A stretch of 63,940 nucleotides of DNA, counting the filler, from Reticulomyxa filosa (lineage: Eukaryota > Protista > Foraminifera), in NCBI GenBank assembly GCA_000512085.1. It is 16 parts of 16 records of this genome, joined end to end, with 100 filler letters (N's around TTAATTAATTAA, not from the genome) between each part and the next. Parts side by side here need not be neighbours in the genome. Positions count along the whole stretch, not along the records: positions 24,135 to 26,939 come from ASPP01023519.1; positions 27,040 to 28,193 come from ASPP01000306.1; positions 28,294 to 32,076 come from ASPP01005736.1; positions 32,177 to 39,810 come from ASPP01039443.1; 12 more parts are not named here. The stretch is one strand, 5' to 3'. The translations under genes were made by a program, and so were the position numbers. This document shows, in pieces, positions 25,173 to 39,067 of this stretch. The notes under the pieces were generated by a model. It did no database searches and was not told where the DNA came from. It saw nothing but the letters and a program-made list of their open reading frames with translations. Numbering within the stretch: the first letter of the stretch is position 1; each line of letters starts with the position of its first letter.

Positions 25173-26356
25173 TCACTTGCCTGGAGGACGGGTAGCATAG
25201 TTACTTTTACTGTTGAGACTTAATTTGGGTTTGTTATATTGCTGAAAATCATATTTGGCAAGAGCAGTTTCACTTCCACGACGATGGGAAGCGGTGTTAG
25301 TTGAGTGTATGGAGGCAGGAGCAGCCATAACTCGTGATCCAAAGGAAGGCTCTACGCCGTGGTTGAGAGCAATAGGAATATTTGAAGAAACAGTCAACGT
25401 CTGTGGATCGCTATGAAAAGAAGAATTTTGTGTATCTTGATTTTTTTTGTGTAACATTCGTTGTTGACGTAAGAGGGCCCAATTTCTCCATAAAATTTTT
25501 TGAAGCTTGTCTCGGTGTTGAATGTGCCGAAACTCAAACTCAAATTTAAGAATGCAATGATTCATTTCCAATGCTTTCAAAAGCTCTTCGCATACATTAG
25601 TATGAATATTGCATTTATTGCACTGCAACTTTATCGCTGTGATTTGACTATTCGTTGCAATGAATCGTGACAAATGTTGAATCCCGGCGTCTCCAATCAC
25701 GTTTGAATCCAGCCACAACTCACATATATTACTATCTTGGGCTCTCCATGAGCTTAATTCATTGCAAATCTTTGTTTTGTTTTGTTTTTTTTTTGAATAC
25801 AGATATCAATACGATATACGTACTTTTTTTTTTTTTTTTTGCATACACGTATAAATAAACGTATAAAAATAAAGACGAAACTTTTTCAAGAAACACGTCG
25901 TCCACTAATGCGTTACACATTTTGACAAATTGCAAACTTTTGCAATCGACAATTGCCCTTGCAATAATGGATTGTAATAGACCTCGATTTTTGGAAGAAA
26001 CCTCAACCATGATATCTTGGTTATTCATGTTGAATGTGTTTGGTGGTTTGTCGGCAAAATAGTGGGACATGTCGAAGGCAAGAGAATCGACATCCAACGG
26101 AGTACTTTCACTCTTTTGTGATTCCGCGTCCGATCCATGTAAATCTATATCCGACTCGGTGTCCGTCCCGCTTTCCGATTCGCTGTCGGTGGTGGAAGAT
26201 CGATTTTTGTTGGAGTGGAGTTTGCGTCTTCTTCGTTCCTCACGGCGTAGCTTGCGAATTTCTTTTCGACTGGGTTCATACACCAAAAAGCCGAGTTCGT
26301 TTACAATTTCTATCATTTGTGTGTACCGTTGGTTTTTCTTATCTTCTTTTGCACTC

Positions 26357-26390
<34 letters not shown>

Positions 26391-26939
26391 AGAGTGTCAC
26401 TGTTTACTTAACCCAAAGCTTTTTCGGGTGTTGACAAAAGTTGTTGTAGTTTTTGCTGGAGTGCATTGCTTTCGGTGGTGGGTCTTTCCAAATGACTTAA
26501 CAACAAGGCAGAATTGGTTGGTTTAATTTTGCTCATTCGTAATTGGTCTGGATCAACATAACCATGTGCAAATGCCAACTGACTATTATCGTTGTGATTG
26601 TCATCGACATTGCCATTCAATCCGTCAAATGCTAACAGCACCTTGTTGGACTTGACTTTGTTTTTCTGCGATTCGATTCTCTCTTGCAGCAAGGACTGAG
26701 CTTTCGACTTTTGAGTTTGGTCGATGCTCAGATTATGGTATCCTCGAGTGTTCTTCAAGCGAATCGAGTCCTGACGCATGCGCTCTTCGAACCGAGTGGT
26801 CCCTTCTTCTTTCCACTCCAACGTGCGTTCCCTCGTCGAAATTTGCGCCATTTTTTCCAAAGATGCTCGTTTCCTCGACCGATATTGTTCCAACTTGTCA
26901 AATGAAGGTAGTGCAAAGTCTATGCTCTCTCCCCTTTTT
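25173..26939 (-). CDS. Tropomodulin/leiomodin-like LRR-domain protein, 5'-partial, at least 3 exons
   Basis: FNMNNQ..ARAIVDCKSLQFVKMCNALVDD..LWLDSNVIGDAGIQHL..LEMNHCILKFEFEFRHIQHRDKLQKILWRNWALLRQQR resembles the tropomodulin LRR plus cap. The N-terminal part is charged and low-complexity. Confidence 0.7.
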
Positions 26940-27559
26940 NNNNNNNNNNNNNNNNNNNNNNNNNNNNNNNNNNNNNNNNNNNNTTAATTAATTAANNNNN
27001 NNNNNNNNNNNNNNNNNNNNNNNNNNNNNNNNNNNNNNNATGAATCTCCAAAAAAGAAGAGTATTGAAAATGAATTAAACAAATGGAAGATACAAATACG
27101 ATTGAGACAAGACAAAGAAAACCGAACAGTGTGGTATTTGAATGAAGAAGATGTTAAATTATTTTTTGAAACAGTACCTCCAGGTGAAGATTGTTTGAGA
27201 GTGAAGTGAAAATGGGTTGAGTAATTTTTTTTTTTTTCAATAAATAGCAACCCAATCGACAGTAGCAACAAAATTTTTAATCTTATTTTCTTCAATTTAA
27301 AAGGAGGAAAAAGCTTTATAATTAAAAAAAAAAAATTAAAATAATATCTAATACTTTTCTTCTATTTCTTTTTGAGATTAATATTTGTCTTATTGCATTT
27401 CGAATATAGATTTTTTTGTTTTGAATCTTTAAAAAAGGGCATATAAAATCGCTTATGCAATAATTATTTGAAATGAAAAAAGAATGAGCTTAAACTTATC
27501 AATGAAAGTTGTGTCCAAGTTATCTTTAAGTTTTTATTCTTTATTGTTATCGTTTTTGC

Positions 27560-28100
27560 CTAATGATTGACAGAAGGTGTTTATGGAATTGAATTTTCAC
27601 AGTTTAATAGCGGTAGATGTTTGTGACAATTTGTTCTGTATCATTTGATGAAATTATTCAAATATGGGATATTGAAACAACAAAAAAATTGAATGCATTC
27701 AAAGGACATGAAAATATAGTAAAGAGTGTAAAAATATGAATCAAATGAATTATTAAATACAATATTATCTGGATCACAAGATAAAAGCATTCATTTGTGG
27801 GATATTCAATTTTATCAACAAATTCAAGTGTTCAATGGATATACAAGTATTATATGGTCTGTTGAATATTCACCATTTGTAATAAAGAATAGTGAAATTG
27901 ATGGAAATTCAAATGTGATATGTTCTGAATCATTGGATAGTACAATTCGTTTTTGGGATATTTAATCAAATAAAAATCAATTATATATGATCAAAGGAAA
28001 TAAGAAAAATCGTAGGAGAATAACATGCTTTAAATTTTTACAATTGAAAAAGAAAGAAAAAAGTAATGCTAATTTATATTATGATTCATTTAAATGCACT
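27560..28100 (+). pseudogene. WD40-family pseudogene
   Basis: IEFSQFNSGRCL.., IWDIETTKKLNAFKGHENIVKSVK (frameshift), ILSGSQDKSIHLWDI, DSTIRFWDI*; stops and indels. Confidence 0.88.
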
Positions 28101-29280
28101 ACAGTAGATTGCAAAAAAAACTGCCATACCTAAATGGCATTATATGAAAAGAATTGATTTTCTCCATGAAAAATAAAGATTTAAACATAATTTNNNNNNN
28201 NNNNNNNNNNNNNNNNNNNNNNNNNNNNNNNNNNNNNTTAATTAATTAANNNNNNNNNNNNNNNNNNNNNNNNNNNNNNNNNNNNNNNNNNNNGTGTTGT
28301 GAAGAGGGTTTTAACCCACCGTTCCATTAGTATTTGAGATTGTATAATAGTGACTTGCCCTACATGATCATCTGAAACAAAGAGTAAAATTGCTGGATAG
28401 CGATCGTTTTAGTTTTTTTGCACATGACAAAATTTTGTGTAATTCTTTATCATATGCATTAATATAAAAGAACTCTGTTTTAGATCCGACCACTTTAGTA
28501 CGGTAGAACGCAAAAGAAATCAACTGATAACATTAGCATATACCATTTTGTTGGTTGCTTTTATTTCCAACAATCGCTCGAGTTCGTGTTATTTTCTTTG
28601 GGTGAATTATTTTCACACAACAACATCAATTAAAACAAGATGTTGATATAAACTGTATTCTTTAATACTCTAATCAAGTCTTCAAGAATAAATCTTTTGT
28701 AGCTTTTCGAACATATAAATCTTCTGACATTGTAACAGTTTGAGTCTTTTTTAATTTATTTATGTATGTATATTAATTATTGTTATTTTTACAGTACATT
28801 TATATTTTTATTCTTAACAAACAAATAAATATATACGTAAGTAGATATAATAATATAGTTGACAAACTATTCTTAGAAATACCACTTTAAACTATTTCTT
28901 CGTAGCACATCTTATCTTTAGTTGTGCGCAATGTAATTTCCCATTGCCTCGTATGCACTTCATGCACTCTTATATCGCCAGCCGTTGCGAAGCTATGCAC
29001 ACTTCTCACCACACGGTATTCAATTACCAAATGAACATTTTGCAAAAAATTATTTTTTAAGCAATCTAACAATGCAAATTTTAAAATTGATTGCAAAATT
29101 ATAATAATTATTGACTATCATCAAGAAAATTATGTAGATTTCAATTCAAAGGATATATTTAATTTATGTAAGATATAATTATTCAGTTAGTTTCGCAGTA
29201 CTTGGACTCGGTACCTACAGCAGGGAAATGTTGTCGGTTCCGGCTGTCCACAACAAAAGGATAAAGTTCATCGGCACAAA

Positions 29281-32076
29281 ATGAGTAAGGAATGGTCTTT
29301 AGGCGATATTTTATGCATTTCTTGGACTGGACTTAGTTGGTGTGTCTTATTCCCGTTGGCATTGAGAGAACTAAGACGATACTGGCAACAACGGTACGAC
29401 ACGTTTATTCAAGGACGTTTCCCTGGGCTAACAATTCCAATTTTAATTACCCTTTTATTTCTGAACATAAGTTTTGCAAATTTTCTTTTGTTAGCTTTTA
29501 AGAGTGTGCAAATTCCTTATCTTTTTACTAACGAATCAATTTTTGTACGTCTATTTCAAAAAGATTGACACCACAAAAAAAAATCAATTATTCTAAGTTG
29601 TACTAGCAAGCAGTTGTGGTTTAGAAGTATTTGTGGCCGCAAAAATTATTTCCATGGTGCGTATATCGTTGGAACTGACATGCATGGTGACGGTCGAGTT
29701 TCTGCTATTATTGCGCTGCTGGCACATATACAGCAAATACCAGTACTTGAAATTTGAAGCTAATCGGTTATGGCTAACTGAATATACAGACGTCGAAACG
29801 CCTCCATTTTTTATTGAAAAATATGATTTTGTTGGAAATGTTGGAGTTACGATTCGAATTACTACTGTTGTCATCATCTTAATATCCTCAATATCCATGT
29901 AAAATACAAATTTTGTGCAGCGGTGATGTGTATGCCATATACGTTGTGAGTAAGCATTTTAATGCACTTTTTTTTTACTAAAAAAAATTTACGTATAAAA
30001 AAAAAAGAACACTGGACGTATTTGTTGGTTTATTTTATGCTCGATTGGTACTGTTAATAACAACTGGGGTATCAGGGAGCATCTTACTGTTATCAATGAG
30101 AAAAATTTCGCAAATGAGAGATTTAATATACATTCGAGAAGAGTTGTTTTTGGGTGTACTTTGTATGATTGTGGCAACAGTGATATATGGGCTGCTCTTT
30201 ATATTGCACAACTTTGTGAGAGAAATGAATTCGCTGAATCTTTTTTTTGTCACAGCATTGCCGTCGTTACCTTACTATGGTTTATTTTTTGTAAGTAGTT
30301 GGTGGGTCTTATATCAACAAAGATTGATGAGCCAGACAATTATGGTGCTTCCAAATGTCCGAGATCCAAGGCAATCCAAAGACAATATTATCACTATAGA
30401 TACCTTTTCAGTTTCAAAAAACCAAGTCATTTCCACAAGCACCAATTCCAAAAATGGTAAAAGAATGAGCCGAATTGAGTTAGCAATAAACGCAATCAGT
30501 CCGAGTCACAGCGCAAACAAGACAGTCAATGGTAGTGCCAGCAACAACTTTTTGAAGTTGTCCTTTCGTCCACACGAAATCAATTTTACAAGCAACATCG
30601 GAATGTTTGATGTACTCAAAGATACGGATGCGTTCAAGGCGTTTATGGAGCACTTGCTCAAGTTTTGTTTTTTTTTGGGAGCGATTTAAAAAAAAACTGT
30701 GCAAAAAATTATCGAAATAATGTATACGTATTTATTAGCGAGTCATCAGCAGAGAATTTATTATTCGTTGTAGAGTGTTGGCAGGTCTGTTTCACTTAAT
30801 AAACGATTATCTCACACAAAAAAATTTTATTTTTTTTCCTTGTGTGGATATGACTATAAATTGATTGGATTCGGTCTTTTTTACAACAGCTGAAGTGGAA
30901 TATTTACGTCAACTAGTTTTGTTCTGTTTTTTTTTTTGATTTTTTTTTTTGAGTGAACTTGCAATCCAACAAATTTTGGTAAACGATTGAATATGATGAC
31001 AGTGCGGATTTGCATGATAAAATCAAATTGCAAGATTTGCCAGAAAATTTGCCGCTCTCACGTATAATGGAGCAGTTTCCGATAGTTGGCCTACGGTATT
31101 TGGCATTGTTTGAAAAGTATGTCGATGATGGATTTTATTCCACAGCGCCAGCGCAAATCAATATCAGCTGGCAAAAGAGAAATATGTGTCGACATGTCTA
31201 CGTGCAAGTCTGCAAAGAATTGGGCATTGCTTTAAATGACAATGACACCGATGACATAATCGAGCCTTCAGCTAATCGCGCACAAACCGGATCGCTTGGA
31301 TATGGTGCGCGTCCATATTTCACTGGCAATGCTAGCGTAAATGAGTTTTCGGATTTGCAAAGACGTTACTCCATTACACCAAATCCAAACATTACAGCTG
31401 ACGATATCCTTGCTGCACAGCCATCCCCTGTCATTGTAAACTTTAAAAACGATTCTAATGACAATTACGAGTTTGGATATATTTTTTTTTTTATAAAAAA
31501 AGGAAAGACAATTAAAAGATTTTTTAAAATTCTTAAAAAAAAAGTGCTCCAGAGAGGCAAGCGTCTCCAAAAAATACGAACAAGTTTGCCTTCAACGAGG
31601 AAAGCGCTCAATTTCCAGAGACCGATTACGCAAGGGACAAAAGAAGTGAAAGTGTGCAACAAGACGAAGTAACAGCAGAAAACGGATCGTCGCAAAGTCA
31701 TGACAATGACGTAACAATAATAACTGTGGACAATGTAACAGAGTCGATGCAAGAAAAGACCAAGGCAATGCCATCTTCGCCAAAGCTTAAGCACAGTTCG
31801 CACTTGGAAGTGCCCACACGGATTCGCAACGTGATACACAGTACTAATCACATAGCGCTTACAAATCACGTATCGGTTCATACCACGTCTGTGAGTTCAC
31901 AGATAAGTGAATTGAAACAAAGTTCAACCAATTCATTGACGACGGAACATCAGCCTGATATTCTTATTACGAGCGATGTGAAAAGTGTCGAGGTGGAGGA
32001 GAAATGGCAGGACAAACTGAAAGAGAGGCACTTGGAAGTCCCGGTATTGATGTCATCGGAACCAAGTCTATCTGAA
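29281..32076 (+). CDS. 7TM-RGS protein (multi-pass membrane domain plus RGS domain), 3'-truncated
   Basis: Hydrophobic helices across 29281-30320, with intron 29471-29597 in frame. Then FDVLKDTDAFKAFMEHLLN-ESSAENLLFVVECWQ..LFEKYVDDG..APAQINISWQKR, which are RGS signature segments. Confidence 0.82.
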
Positions 32077-32278
32077 NNNNNNNNNNNNNNNNNNNNNNNN
32101 NNNNNNNNNNNNNNNNNNNNTTAATTAATTAANNNNNNNNNNNNNNNNNNNNNNNNNNNNNNNNNNNNNNNNNNNNTAAGTATACATATATATAAATATA
32201 TATATATATATACTTATATATATGTATATACATTTATATATGTTTGTTAATTTAATATTACACTGTTTTCAAACATAG

Positions 32279-33040
32279 GGCTTTCGGGTCGAATTGCCGG
32301 TGAAAACACAAAAACTACGAGGGACTCAAACGAAATATCCAATAAAATTGTTTTACACATCGAATATTCCCATAATATTGTTAAGTGCGCTAATATCGAA
32401 TTGCTACTTTTTATCGCAAGTGCTGAACAATCGCTTTGGAAATGGTAACATAATTACCGGGCTGCTGGGGAAGTGGCATACCAACACGTATGGTGTGAGT
32501 CAACCGATTGGAGGATTGGTGTACTACATGTCTCCTCCGCGGACGTTTTTCGGTTTGGTTAGCGACCCCATTCATGCCATCGTGTATGTCACATTTGTGT
32601 TGGCGTCGTGTGCCATTTTCAGTGTGACGTGGATCGAGGTGAGTGGGTCGTCGTCGCGCGACGTTGCAAAACAACTCAAAGATCAAGGACTCATCATCCC
32701 CGGCTATCGCGAAAATATGACCGTCCAAGTCTTGGAAAGATATATCCCTATCGCCGCTGCCTTCGGTGGCATGTGCATTGGTGCGTTGACCATTTTCGCT
32801 GATTTCATGGGTGCCATTGGCAGTGGCACTGGCATTTTGTTAGCTGTCACCATCATCTTTGAGATTTTTGAAGCCTATGTTCGAGAAGCACAAGCTGAAG
32901 GAATATCATTCGCAATGCCCAAAATGAACTTTTTAAATTTTTTTTTTTTTTTTTTGGCATGTATTTATTCGAACGTGCTTGGACAAATACTTGGATTTTT
33001 TTTTAATGTAAGTATTGCAAGCACGATGCAACATGTTTGA
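32279..33040 (+). CDS. SEC61A: Protein transport protein Sec61 subunit alpha, 3' portion
   Basis: [72 protein letters not shown]. The true stop may be near 32927 if the A-run carries an extra base. Confidence 0.95.
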   Translation, partial: GFRVELPVKTQKLRGTQTKYPIKLFYTSNIPIILLSALISNCYFLSQVLNNRFGNGNIITGLLGKWHTNTYGVSQPIGGLVYYMSPPRTFFGLVSDPIHAIVYVTFVLASCAIFSVTWIEVSGSSSRDVAKQLKDQGLIIPGYRENMTVQVLERYIPIAAAFGGMCIGALTIFADFMGAIGSGTGILLAVTIIFEIFEAYVREAQAEGISFAMPKMNFLNFFFFFLACIYSNVLGQILGFFFNVSIASTMQHV

Positions 33041-33952
33041 AACTGAAAAAGAATACAACCCTTTTTGAATCGATGCCAAACAAAAAAAAAATTTGACTTG
33101 AATTAACTCAACTTACAATACAAGGTCTCAATTGTGGTGAATTGCAATTGACATTTTATTTTTATAAAATTTTAATTGCTCCTCTTTTGTTTTCTTTTTA
33201 CAAAAGAAGTCTGAAAATATAATGAAACTCACCCATTCCAATTTTGAGAACCTTTTATTCTTTCGCAATTAATGAAACCGCATTTCCCAATTTTTTGGAG
33301 ACAAGAGCAACCCCCTGGCATGTTTCTTATCAAACTTAAAAATATTTTTGGATTAACAAAAAAAATTTGCGATGAAATATTTACCTCTTTGTATTTTGGC
33401 TTATCTTGATTGAGCTCATTTCATTGTTCCATACGGAATGTAGACTATCGACATCTTTTGATAAAGTACAATAGTAATTAATTTATCTTTGATGGTATAC
33501 TCTTTGCAATTTCAAAGCTTATTAGACTTCACCAGAACATATTTTAAAGTAACTAATGAACAAATAAAATGTATAAAAAATTTGAAGAACAAACTCGAAT
33601 TAGAAAGTTTTATAACAAATTTCTGAAGGAGATGAAAAATATTTCCTTTGTTGCTCGTTTTGTAAAGCATTTCAATACGACATTTTCTAACGACAGTAAA
33701 AAGAGTATTATCAACCACACTGGAAAAAAATGATTCAGATGACATGATTAAAATTTTTTGTCATACTTAAAGATTGGACACTTTTTTAAGCGTTGACAAG
33801 TTCAAATTTTTTGCTAAACTATTATTATAGTGTTTAGTAATTGTTAACGCATTAGAGAATAGGATAACATTTGAAAACATTTTAAAGAAACATTCACCAA
33901 GCACTTTACAAAAAAAAGAAAATCTTTTCCCTCCTTGTATTTGACATCTGAG

Positions 33953-34358
33953 ATGTTCCAATCAGGAAAGTTTTCTGGATCTGAGCCATTCAATCCACAA
34001 AAACTTGTGCTTCGACTATTAGTACTGCAATCATTATTTTATCTCTTCTTGTCAATGGTCGAGGGAGCTAACTTTTCCTCGTCAATGCTCTTTGATGCAG
34101 TAAAAGTAGATTTCAGTTTTGGTCTGGGTTATATTCTAATAATGGCCTTCATCACCTAGGTAATTTTTCTCTTCTTTGTAAAAAAAAAATAATAATAATA
34201 ACAATGATTTTTGCATATGTTTGGTAGTAAAAAAGAGCATCTATGATATATTTATTACACTTGATATTGTGTTGGTGGATTGTCAAGTTGAGTACTTATG
34301 TATTCGTCAAGAAATGAAGCCCATTGTGGTTGATAGTGGAAGTAAACACAAGGATTAA
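33953..34358 (+). pseudogene. SYS1: SYS1 (Golgi membrane protein) pseudogene
   Basis: MFQSGKFSGSEPFNPQKLVLRLLVLQSLFY..SMLFDAVKVDFS..GYILIMAFIT* and a C-terminal EYLCIRQEMKPI. Premature TAG; the central TM segments are missing. Confidence 0.72.
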
Positions 34359-35238
34359 TCAAGAAAGATGCATCTATTGGATGATTCGAAAAATGTGGAT
34401 CGCGATTCATCTTGTCATCTTCATGACACTGACATTGATGACATGACTCTCAATCATAAAAAACAATCTTTTCTTGCAAAAAAAAAAAAGAGGACTTCGA
34501 AGTCAAAATTAAGACGTAAAAATCATAACAAATTTTTTCTCTTTCTTTTGTGACGAAGAGAAAGTATGACTATAATTGTCACCCAATTTGAAATAATAGT
34601 TAATGATACAGTACACAAGTCTGTCTTTTCTTTTTCTTAAAATTCGGGGAATTAAAATTTTTTGAATGGTATCTTCTCTTACTCTTAGCATCATTTGAAC
34701 CAAATGAGATAATGAAAATATTGTTTTATTTCCACAACGTTTTAACAACTGGATAAGTGACGTAAAAAAGACAATTGGTTTGCGACCAAAATATTCAACA
34801 ACCTTTGACTAAACGAATTTCACCAAAAATCAGCATTTGTGGTGAATATGTGCTTTTGTTTTTTTCTTCATTTTGGATGTTCAAAAATGAGTTATGCAAA
34901 ATTACAAACACAAGCAAACTTCTCTGTAGATAAAAAGTTTTGATAAAAAAAAAAAAGTGTTGTATGAAATTTTGTAAAGGGTAAGGAACCAGGACCATCA
35001 TTAAGTTTTTAACTACCTTGATGGTAATCAATTAAGCATTATCAACTTTTATCTAGCAGACGGCTCACATGACTAGCTTGAAGTTGGACGGTGCTTTTTT
35101 TTTATTTTATTTAAAAAAATTTCTTTGATTTTTCTTACAAAAAAACATATTTTATTTGCTGATTTGTTGCTAGTAATCTTTGAGTTCCTTTTTTAATGTT
35201 GGGGCAATCTACAACTTTTTTTTTTAAATAATAGGATC

Positions 35239-35750
35239 ATGGCAACAGATAACAATGCGCAATTACCAGAACCGATCACCGCATTAGGGGCAATATCCTC
35301 TTTTGACAGTTTATTGGAAAAAATGACAAAAGATGTGGAAACCATCTCAGCCGAAATGACCAACTTTGAAGGCGATGTTGAAGCTCGCGTTGGAAAGATT
35401 TTGCAATCAAGCAATGATCACATGACCTGGTTACAAAATACAAGCCACAGTACGGCAGTAATTGCCCAAAAAGCAGTTCATCATGTGGAAATGCTTAAGT
35501 CAGAGTGCACTGAATTGGATGCAAAATGTCAAAAATTGACTGCCTTTGAGGAATTCTTGTTTTGTAATTCCATGTCCAATCAAACAGATCAATCATTTTT
35601 GTTTTTTTATACATTAAAAAAAAAGGAAAATATTATCATTTCGTAATTGAATCATTTCAAAAAAATAGAGAAGATATTCGGTGCAAATTGAGCCAATTAG
35701 AAGCGTCTGTCGATAAGACATTGGTACATTCCAAACAGAAAACAAAATGA
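35239..35750 (+). CDS. BORCS6/BLOC1S3-like small coiled-coil protein (2 exons)
   Basis: Intron 35559-35668 gives ..SSNDHMTWLQ..SECTELDAKCQKLTAFEEFLEDIRCKLSQLEASV.., similar to the BORCS6 C-terminal CEEL..DIR..LE pattern. Confidence 0.6.
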
Positions 35751-36161
35751 AATAGTATCAACTCTTAAAGCAAGAAAATATTAAAAAATGACTTTTTGGT
35801 TTATCCATTTCTTTGGAAGATTGACAAACTGAATTTTCATTTTGCACAAGTGTTTATCAAAATGTGTGGTACTGTTGACTTGGAGTCGATGAATAGGACA
35901 ACAAAAGTAAGTGTTGTTCGACTTATTTCGATAATAGCTTTTTGGGTTCAATATCTTGGCATTTAACTAAGTTATATTTCTTCCTGTAGAACTTTTTTCA
36001 AAGTTCTAACACAGAAAGTGTTTGAAAAGGAAAAGTGCTTGTTCACAACTGAAAAAAATCAATGTACAAAGATAGAACTTGTAAATCTAATCTTATTATT
36101 GAAGATGAAAAGAATGCAGGAAAAAAAGGAAAAGAATATACAAAATAAAGGGGTATTGATC

Positions 36162-37179
36162 ATGTCGAAGCTGGCAAATTTTCATAAGGTGAAGAATGTC
36201 TGAATAAAAAAGCACAACAATGGCAAATAAGGATAACAATAAGAGTAAAGCTGTTTGATGAGAGACAAAAATAGCTTGATTTGGTCGGGGAAGGAGAGAA
36301 AAGAAGGGCAGGAAGGAGGGGGGGGGGGGAGGAAAGAAATGTTCGAATACTGATTAATGAAACTCGGAATAAAAAAAAATAAAAATTAAAAAAAAGCGGT
36401 GCACAAAAATCTTAGCAATTGGCCGAAATTACGTGGCACACATAAAAGAGTTGAACAATGCAGTTCCATCGCAGCCTGTGATTTTCATGAAGCCTCCGTC
36501 GTCAATAATAAGCAGCGGACAGTCGATCGTGATGCCGTACCAATGTCGCAACCTGCATCACGAAGTGGAATTAGCGGTGGTGATTAGCAAGCACGCGCCA
36601 ATGAACACAGTGACAGAGAAGAATTGGCAGGAGTATATCGGCGGGTATTGTGTGGCATTAGATATGACGGCAAGGGATATTCAAGACGACCTGAAAAATA
36701 AAGCCTTGCCGTGGACATTGGCGAAAGCATTCGACACAGGCTGCCCGTTGGGTCCTTTGGTTGACGCCGCCAATGTCGACGTCAATAAATGCCGCTTAAA
36801 ACTGACTGTCACCAATGCGGCTACAAAACAAAGTGAAGTTCGACAAGACGGTACCTGTGATCTCATGATCTTCAAAATACCTCAATTGATCTCCTTTGTC
36901 AACAAGTATTTTTCTTTGAACGAATGCGATATCATCCTCACTGGTACTTTATATTCATATATTTTTTGTTTTCGAAGATAATACTATATGTTTTGTTTTT
37001 TCAAGCACTTACGCGCCAATTCTTTTTTTTTTTTCCCAAAAAAAAAAAAAAAAAAGGTAACTCCCAGTGGAGTTGCTTCGGTCAATCCTGGAGACAAATT
37101 GAAAGCTGAGCTCTTCTGTGGCAATGCAAACTCTGTTTTGGAAACTTCTGTTGTCAGCTATGAAAGGGCGCGACTTTGA
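36162..37179 (+). CDS. FAHD1: Fumarylacetoacetate hydrolase domain protein 1 (acylpyruvase / oxaloacetate decarboxylase)
   Basis: MSKLANFHK, intron 36189-36396, RCTKILAIGRNYVAHIKEL..FMKPPSS..HHEVELAVVI..ALDMTARDIQ..PWTLAKAFDT..DIILTG, intron, TPSGV. The last junction is off by 1 nt as assembled. Confidence 0.92.
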
Positions 37180-37635
37180 GAACAATACAATTCGATTGTG
37201 CTTTTGTTTTTTTTAATTCGGTCCTGCTTCTCTCTACTTTTCTCACATGCTTTTTTGTAAACTTGGCCCAAATTTTATCATTGATTTAAAAAACAAACCA
37301 ATTTTGTGAAAATTGAAAAGATTCTGCGGAAGGCAACAACAAAAATAATGAAGTGTATTATTGTGAGCAGGTTAATGACATTATCTTATCATATGCATAT
37401 GTATTCAAGTTTGTCCAGAACAAACAACGTGTTTCTTTGTCGACAATGGTACACAATATATGAAGAAGAAAGATCTATGATAGAGTGTTTCGTCTAATTG
37501 ATGTAAATTCTCTTATCTGCATATTTATTGGGTTGCTTCGATTTTGTAGAAATTGAGCGTGAGAAGGAAGGCAGTTAGTAAGGTGGAAAAAAAAAAACCA
37601 AAAACAACTAATAACATAATATTGTTATAATAATA

Positions 37636-38288
37636 ATGACCCAAAAAACTGGAGACTTTCACTCCACAAAGCAATCAAGGCTTGTCCATCATGGCTCCTC
37701 CTCTAATTCATCAAACTCTCCACATTTCGTAGCATTGTCGCGCAATCCCGACGAGATAAAGAGTAATGCAAGCCGTGGGAAAAACAATAATACGGATCTA
37801 GCAATGGGTTCGAATGCAAAGATGGCCGGATCATCTCCGGTGAACAAGGGCCGCACTCAAAGACGTGGTGCAGGGCCGTATCACATGCATCACAACCGCA
37901 CAATGGGAGCAGCGCCCTCGATGTCGCAAAAGAAGATGTCCCATGGCAATGTCAAGTATTACACTAGACAAGGACAAGGACAAGGACAAGGACAAGGGCA
38001 AGGGCAGGGACAAATGAATGCATCACTGTCAATGAATGACACAGCAAATGATAGCAAAGGCCATTCCACAATGCCACGTACAATATCTGAGACACAGGCC
38101 CCTTATCACTATCGATCACAAAATCATACCAATAACAATAGCAATAACCCATATCAGTCGCAGCCTTCCAGTGACGACGATGAAGACGATGATTCCACCA
38201 CCACATCGACAACAACGACGACAACAGCAACAACAGCAGCAACAGCGACGACAATGACGACAACGACGACAGCAGCCGCAACAGGGAT

Positions 38289-38325
<37 letters not shown>

Positions 38326-39035
38326 GGAATAGCAACAGCGATAGCAAAAGTCCCGTTCCCAATGTATCAGCAGCATCCAACGAATCAGACTAATGCCATG
38401 GCATCTCCACAGTTCACCAACACATACAACCAGCGATCCAGCAAGAGACGAAAATTCACCGCTGAGAGATCTAACGCGAGTTCGTCTGCAGGGGATTTAA
38501 ATATGAGTCATAATAACAGCACTACCACTGGCAATCATACTCATGGTCACAGTCACAGCTATAATCATAACCACAATCATAATCATAATCATAATCATAA
38601 TCATAATCATAATCACAATCATAATCATAGCCACAATCATAATCATAATCACAATCATAACCATAATAACTTCAACAATGGTGCACTTCATCCATCTTCT
38701 TACACGGGGATGGATATGACATATGCGATGGATCCAATCACTGGTCTTCCTCGTCCCAGAAACAACCGAAAGAGCCACATCCCTACGCTCAAAAATCACC
38801 ACCGACTCTCTCACCATTCCGTCTCCTCTTCTCACAACTGGAACTCCGTTGACCATACCAATCACGTCCACAACTCTAGCGCAAATACAAACACTAATGT
38901 CAATACTAACACTAATACTAATACTAATACTAATACCAATACTACCCCCAATGCCAATGCTACCAATGTCAATACAAATACAAACACAAATGCAAATGAA
39001 ATTGCAAATGATAATAACAACAACAGTAACAACAA

Positions 39036-39067
<32 letters not shown>

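Noticed and set aside
24593-25223. K/N-rich and F/L-rich ORFs
   Set aside because: Low-complexity A-rich 3' flank of the LRR gene; no coding signal.
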